A stretch of DNA of 64,000 nucleotides. Origin: Phoronis australis (Eukaryota > Animalia > Phoronida). The notes under the pieces were generated by a model. That model was not told where the DNA came from. It searched no databases and saw nothing but the letters and a program-made list of their open reading frames with translations. Numbering within the stretch: position 1 is the stretch's first letter; every line of letters begins with the position of its first letter. The stretch lies in contig NMRA01000519.1 of the NCBI GenBank assembly GCA_002633005.1, forward strand, positions 239,640 through 303,639, in the 5' to 3' direction. The translations under genes and the position numbers were made by a program. Of this stretch, positions 59,861 to 64,000 are shown one piece after another.

Positions 59861-60699
59861 TCCTTTAAGTAAAATTTAACTAAAAGAGAAAGGTTTATTG
59901 ATAGCAAAATAACGGAATCAATCAACATGACCACATTACATTTTGTTCAAAATAAAATCTCAAAATTGATTTTTTAGTTTTCTAAGTAATCATTTCGCTT
60001 TTTGTTTCATGCAAGTGTTGACTGGTTTTTTGGAACAGCATTTGGAGAATAGTCCATATTATCTGAAGGTTTCATATGATTGAATCTGCAACAGTTAAGA
60101 GATCTGGTGTGCTGAAGTTACACAATTAAGGACATCTTTGGGGTCCTAAAGCCTTAACATGTTCTCACCAGGAATAATGTTGAACATGGTGAGAATGATG
60201 CAGTACTCTCAATCATAATGTTCAGCTAAGTCCTGAAGGTGAGTTCACTGTGTTTCGTGTTTTCAGTTAAATTCTATTTGTGGATGTAAGTATTGTGTAA
60301 TAATTTTAGTAAAAATCATAATATTTAGATTGCGATGTGGGCGTTAGACTGAAGATTGTGACTTGCATTTGTTCAGTCGTGTCTGAGTTGAGCATTCCAA
60401 AGCTAGGCTCGTGCTAGACTTTTAAAAGTTTTAGCCAAAATGGCTAAAGCATCTGAAAAATTTTAGCGATTTTCAAAAATTATTAGCCAAATTCTTTCTC
60501 TTCTCCCAACCCCCACAATTGATAAAAACACAGTTACACGGACTAAACTTTTTATTTTTCATGTTATACACAGGCTTTTTTCATAAGTGTACTATAAGAA
60601 AAAAATTTGCCTTAAGAAAAAAAAAACAAGTGATCAACATTTTAAGGTCATATTGCAACCTAATAAGAGGGGATGTCAGCCAACATGGGTTTCATTGTG

Positions 60700-60960
60700 A
60701 CTTAAAAAGTATGCGCAGGGTTCCCCCTGTACCTGAGTTACTACATGTGTATGCCACCCACATGGGCATTTAAATGATGTTGACCTTAAAAAAATTGGGC
60801 AGGACTTCTCCCTATCCCCGGGTTACGGCGGGGGAAGGCTGGCCACATGGGCACTTCATTGATGTTGACCTAAAAAAATGTGCAGGGATTCCCCCCATCT
60901 CTGGGTTACGGCGGGGGTACAGTGTACACCAGCCAACATGGGCATTTTGATGAGCAAGAC
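60700..60960. repeat. Diverged ~85-100-bp tandem repeat
   Basis: Recurring cacatgggca...tgatgttgacct.aaaaaa.tg.gcaggga...gggttacggcggggg. Confidence 0.7.
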
Positions 60961-62449
60961 ATTTAGGTCCAAAAACGTTAACATAACTTGTGACTGAAAT
61001 AAATAAATAAAGCTGAATCATGCAGAGTAGTTAATATAAAACTCATTAAGAAACAAGTTGACATTTACTTTACCTTGCTTTCTTTTAGCCGCCACCAAAA
61101 TGCAAAGGCATCCCAGTCTCTCCTTAACTTTTCAGGGCCCTCAATCCCTTAATTTTGGGGCCGAATATCAACCCCATTCCCCTCCGAAAGATATTGAAAT
61201 ATCACGCGAATCTCTCATCATGAGGCCCAAAATTTCCCTTCGAGGTTGGCATAATTTGTAACTCACATAGGTCACAATTTGAAAGAGCGCAAAATGTTAC
61301 TTTTGGCTACTTGAGGCAGAGCCTATGAGGACTTGCAACAGGGTGGCGGGTACTATTGATGGTGATCGGGTGGAAGAATTTTCCACTCGCCCCAAAGAAT
61401 TCCTTTCAGAAGGCACAGGCACCTTTTGGGATAATCGAGGGTCCTGTTAAAAGTTTGCTAGTCAAGAATGTTGCAGAGGCAAATTGTTTTAAATTGATGG
61501 CCATTCTGTAACAAATGTTTTCATTGAGTAGCTTAATGCTGCAAAGACTGATTTCTGTTTGATTTCTTGATCAGTGGCCTTCACACTAAGGCATCTGAAG
61601 CTTTAACTATGACCGTTGAATTACAGTGTCCAAAAATGTACTCGCACTTCAAATGACAGTAATACACCTGGTAGAGTCTTGCCCAGCTTTTAATAGGCTA
61701 AGGAGCAACCTACTGGATGGCACTGTTACATGCCTACAACATATAGTGCATGGTAACAAATGGAAACGTCTGTCCGTTTTCCTAAGGGCGACTGGCAGAC
61801 TTGAAAACTTTCTTCACGAGGAGCCATAATTGGGCTCTCGTGCTTTTGCTGCGGTGTTTTGTGCAATGGGCCCAACCATGACATCAGACCACCTGCACTG
61901 TTTTTTTGTTTTTTTTTTAATGACAGTAATCGCGTTGTTTATTGACTTAAGAACAAGATTACTGTCTGTGCAGGTTTAACTTTATAAGAGTTGATTAATA
62001 AGGAATTAAGTCTAGAAATCAGAATGTATAGTTTATTAATTTGGAAGACGTTTTTTGGCTTTGTACTTCCTTGATGATTTTGAGTTTCTAGTATCATGCA
62101 ATATTTTTTGTCCTCCAAAACGGAGTAGTTTGTTTGCCATTACCATGCATACTGAGTATAAGATGGCTTTCATGCCTAATGTCACAGTAAGGCATAACCA
62201 TACATTAGGCCTGGACACAGAATATGATCCGCTTGAGGATCAACTCAGTGTTTAACTCCTGGCATTGTGCTGGGAGGTCAACAGGTACAGCAGAACAAAC
62301 TCTAATTTTTTATTGCATTTCAATATCTAATTAATTAGCAGCTAACAGTTGTATTTTCATTTAGTTGTTGCTTACCAAGACGGTTGATTTTTCTAGATCC
62401 TGAAAGTTTTTCTGTCAGTGTCAGTCCTGAATGATTCATTCATTTGTAG

Positions 62450-62551
62450 GTGGGAAAACAATTTGAGCTTCTCAACTGTGATAAACACAAACACTTGCTA
62501 AAGAAATTCAAGAAGGATGCGTCGCAGTGCAGGCCCGACATCACACACCAG
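62450..62551 (+). CDS. EMG1: Ribosomal RNA small subunit methyltransferase NEP1, exon 2 (gene continues beyond window)
   Basis: tttgtag|VGKQFELLNCDKHKHLLKKFKKDASQCRPDITHQ|gtaatt; Nep1 signatures LLNCD.H and RPDITHQ. Confidence 0.95.
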
Positions 62552-63029
62552 GTAATTAGTGCAACATTGGGGATGAAATTTGTCCATGTTACTATTTCCA
62601 ACTTCCAGAGTATTGCAGGAGGTGATGATTCTTCAAAAATGTCATAAAACTGGTGATGGTATAAACTGAGAGAAATTGAATATATAGGAAAATGAGGAAT
62701 AAATAATAGATTTAAAAAGCACCCCCCACGCACGAAAAGCCCCCCACCCATTCACTGCATTACTACTTGACTGCTCGTATATATTGCAATAGCCATTACT
62801 ATATCACTCTTTTCACTTGACTTAAATCCAAAAATCAAATCAGGTCTTTTACTCTGACTTGTAAAATCAGTCTCATAGTGTATTCAGCAAAAAGTTGAAG
62901 TATTGCTTTTGCTTTCATGCTAAGTTAGTAATTGAATACATAACCAACATTAGACGAAATATTTCATTTTTTCGTGTCTTGCGCGAACTTTGCACTGTAT
63001 TCTCGCGCATATACGTAGTTCGGCCTGGG

Positions 63030-64000
63030 TAGATTTTTTTCAAAAATTTTTCGTTCACTTGTTCATGTTGCAAGGGAACTGTGTGAATAAATTAAGGAAG
63101 TTTGTGCTAAGTTTATCTAAGTTTTATCTAGTTAGCATGTTCACTGACATTTATGGCATTTGTACGGCAGGTCAGTTGGCGTGTATCATTTTTTCATTCT
63201 ACTTCAAATTGGCTGCTCTGTCAAATACACTTGGAGAGTGCTGCTTCAACTTCCGGGTCAGCAACTAGGATTAGGGGCAGGGACTCATCTAGCGGCCGTC
63301 CTGGCCGTCCTTGGGACGGCCCTTTTAAAAAAAATGACGGCTTTGGACGGCACGGCCAAGACGGAAAAAAGACGGCCTGTTCCAAAACAACCTCGGCGAA
63401 AATGAAGGCTAAACGAAGAATTTTAAAATTTATTGTTAATAAATTTCATTGAAACCTACAATTCATTGTTTAAGTTTGCTAAATATTAAGAAATAACTCG
63501 ACATTATAAACTTTTGCCGTCTATTTTTACAATAAATGTCACAATGACGATCGGCAAATACTGACAGCCATCTTTGGGGAATACCTTCCTATTCTGTGAC
63601 GTCAAGGTGGCTTCATACGGAATCCCCCGCACGACTAGTGTCGAGAAATATTGCATCCAGCGCTAACTACCTACCAGTGCATGGACACTTAATCTTTGAA
63701 ATTGAAAAACCCACACCCGAAGTTCAAAGAATTTGCCGTACCCCTAATGCTAGTTGCCGACGCGGAAGTTGAAGCGGCACTCGATATATTCGACGGAGCA
63801 GCCAATTTGAAATAGCCGACGGAGAACGTACACTTCGAAAAAAAAATGATAGCCCGACAAAATTCTAGCACTGACCTGCCGTACAAATGCCATCAATGTC
63901 GTTGAACATGCAAACCAGATAAAAGTTAGCGCAAACTTCCTTAATTTGTTCGCATAGCTCCGTTGCAACTCGAACGAATGAATGAAAAAATATCAAAAAA
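63030..64000. mobile_element. Long-TIR foldback/MITE element (runs off the window) with a nested CAGGG-headed hAT-like fragment
   Basis: 63030-63280 aligns with the reverse complement of 63738-64000; CAGGGACTC...GGCCGTCC/GGACGGCC repeats start at ~63278. Confidence 0.75.

Overview
AT-rich, intron-rich animal genomic DNA, probably from a bilaterian invertebrate draft assembly. It has one ~880-bp N gap and four single-N joins. It is not prokaryotic, and most entries in the six-frame ORF track are noise. Four genes can be supported: (1) the last two coding exons of adenosylhomocysteinase (AHCY, +, 2151-3599); (2) an uncharacterised minus-strand gene, reconstructed by hand as 30 phase-compatible GT-AG exons (46459->5981, ~1224 aa), made of two diverged tandem copies of one module, each starting with an RIIa/Dpy-30-like docking motif; (3) a two-exon class A peptide-receptor-like GPCR (+, 34505-37714) nested antisense in the largest intron of gene 2; (4) the first two exons of EMG1/NEP1 (+, from 55575), probably head-to-head with gene 2. 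Non-coding DNA holds minisatellites, LINE remnants, Kolobok-like and hAT-like DNA transposons, a solo LTR and MITEs. It also holds Helentron-like repeat elements whose ~150-bp units each carry a same-orientation CTCF consensus motif. All family assignments come from motif recognition by eye; no searches were run.
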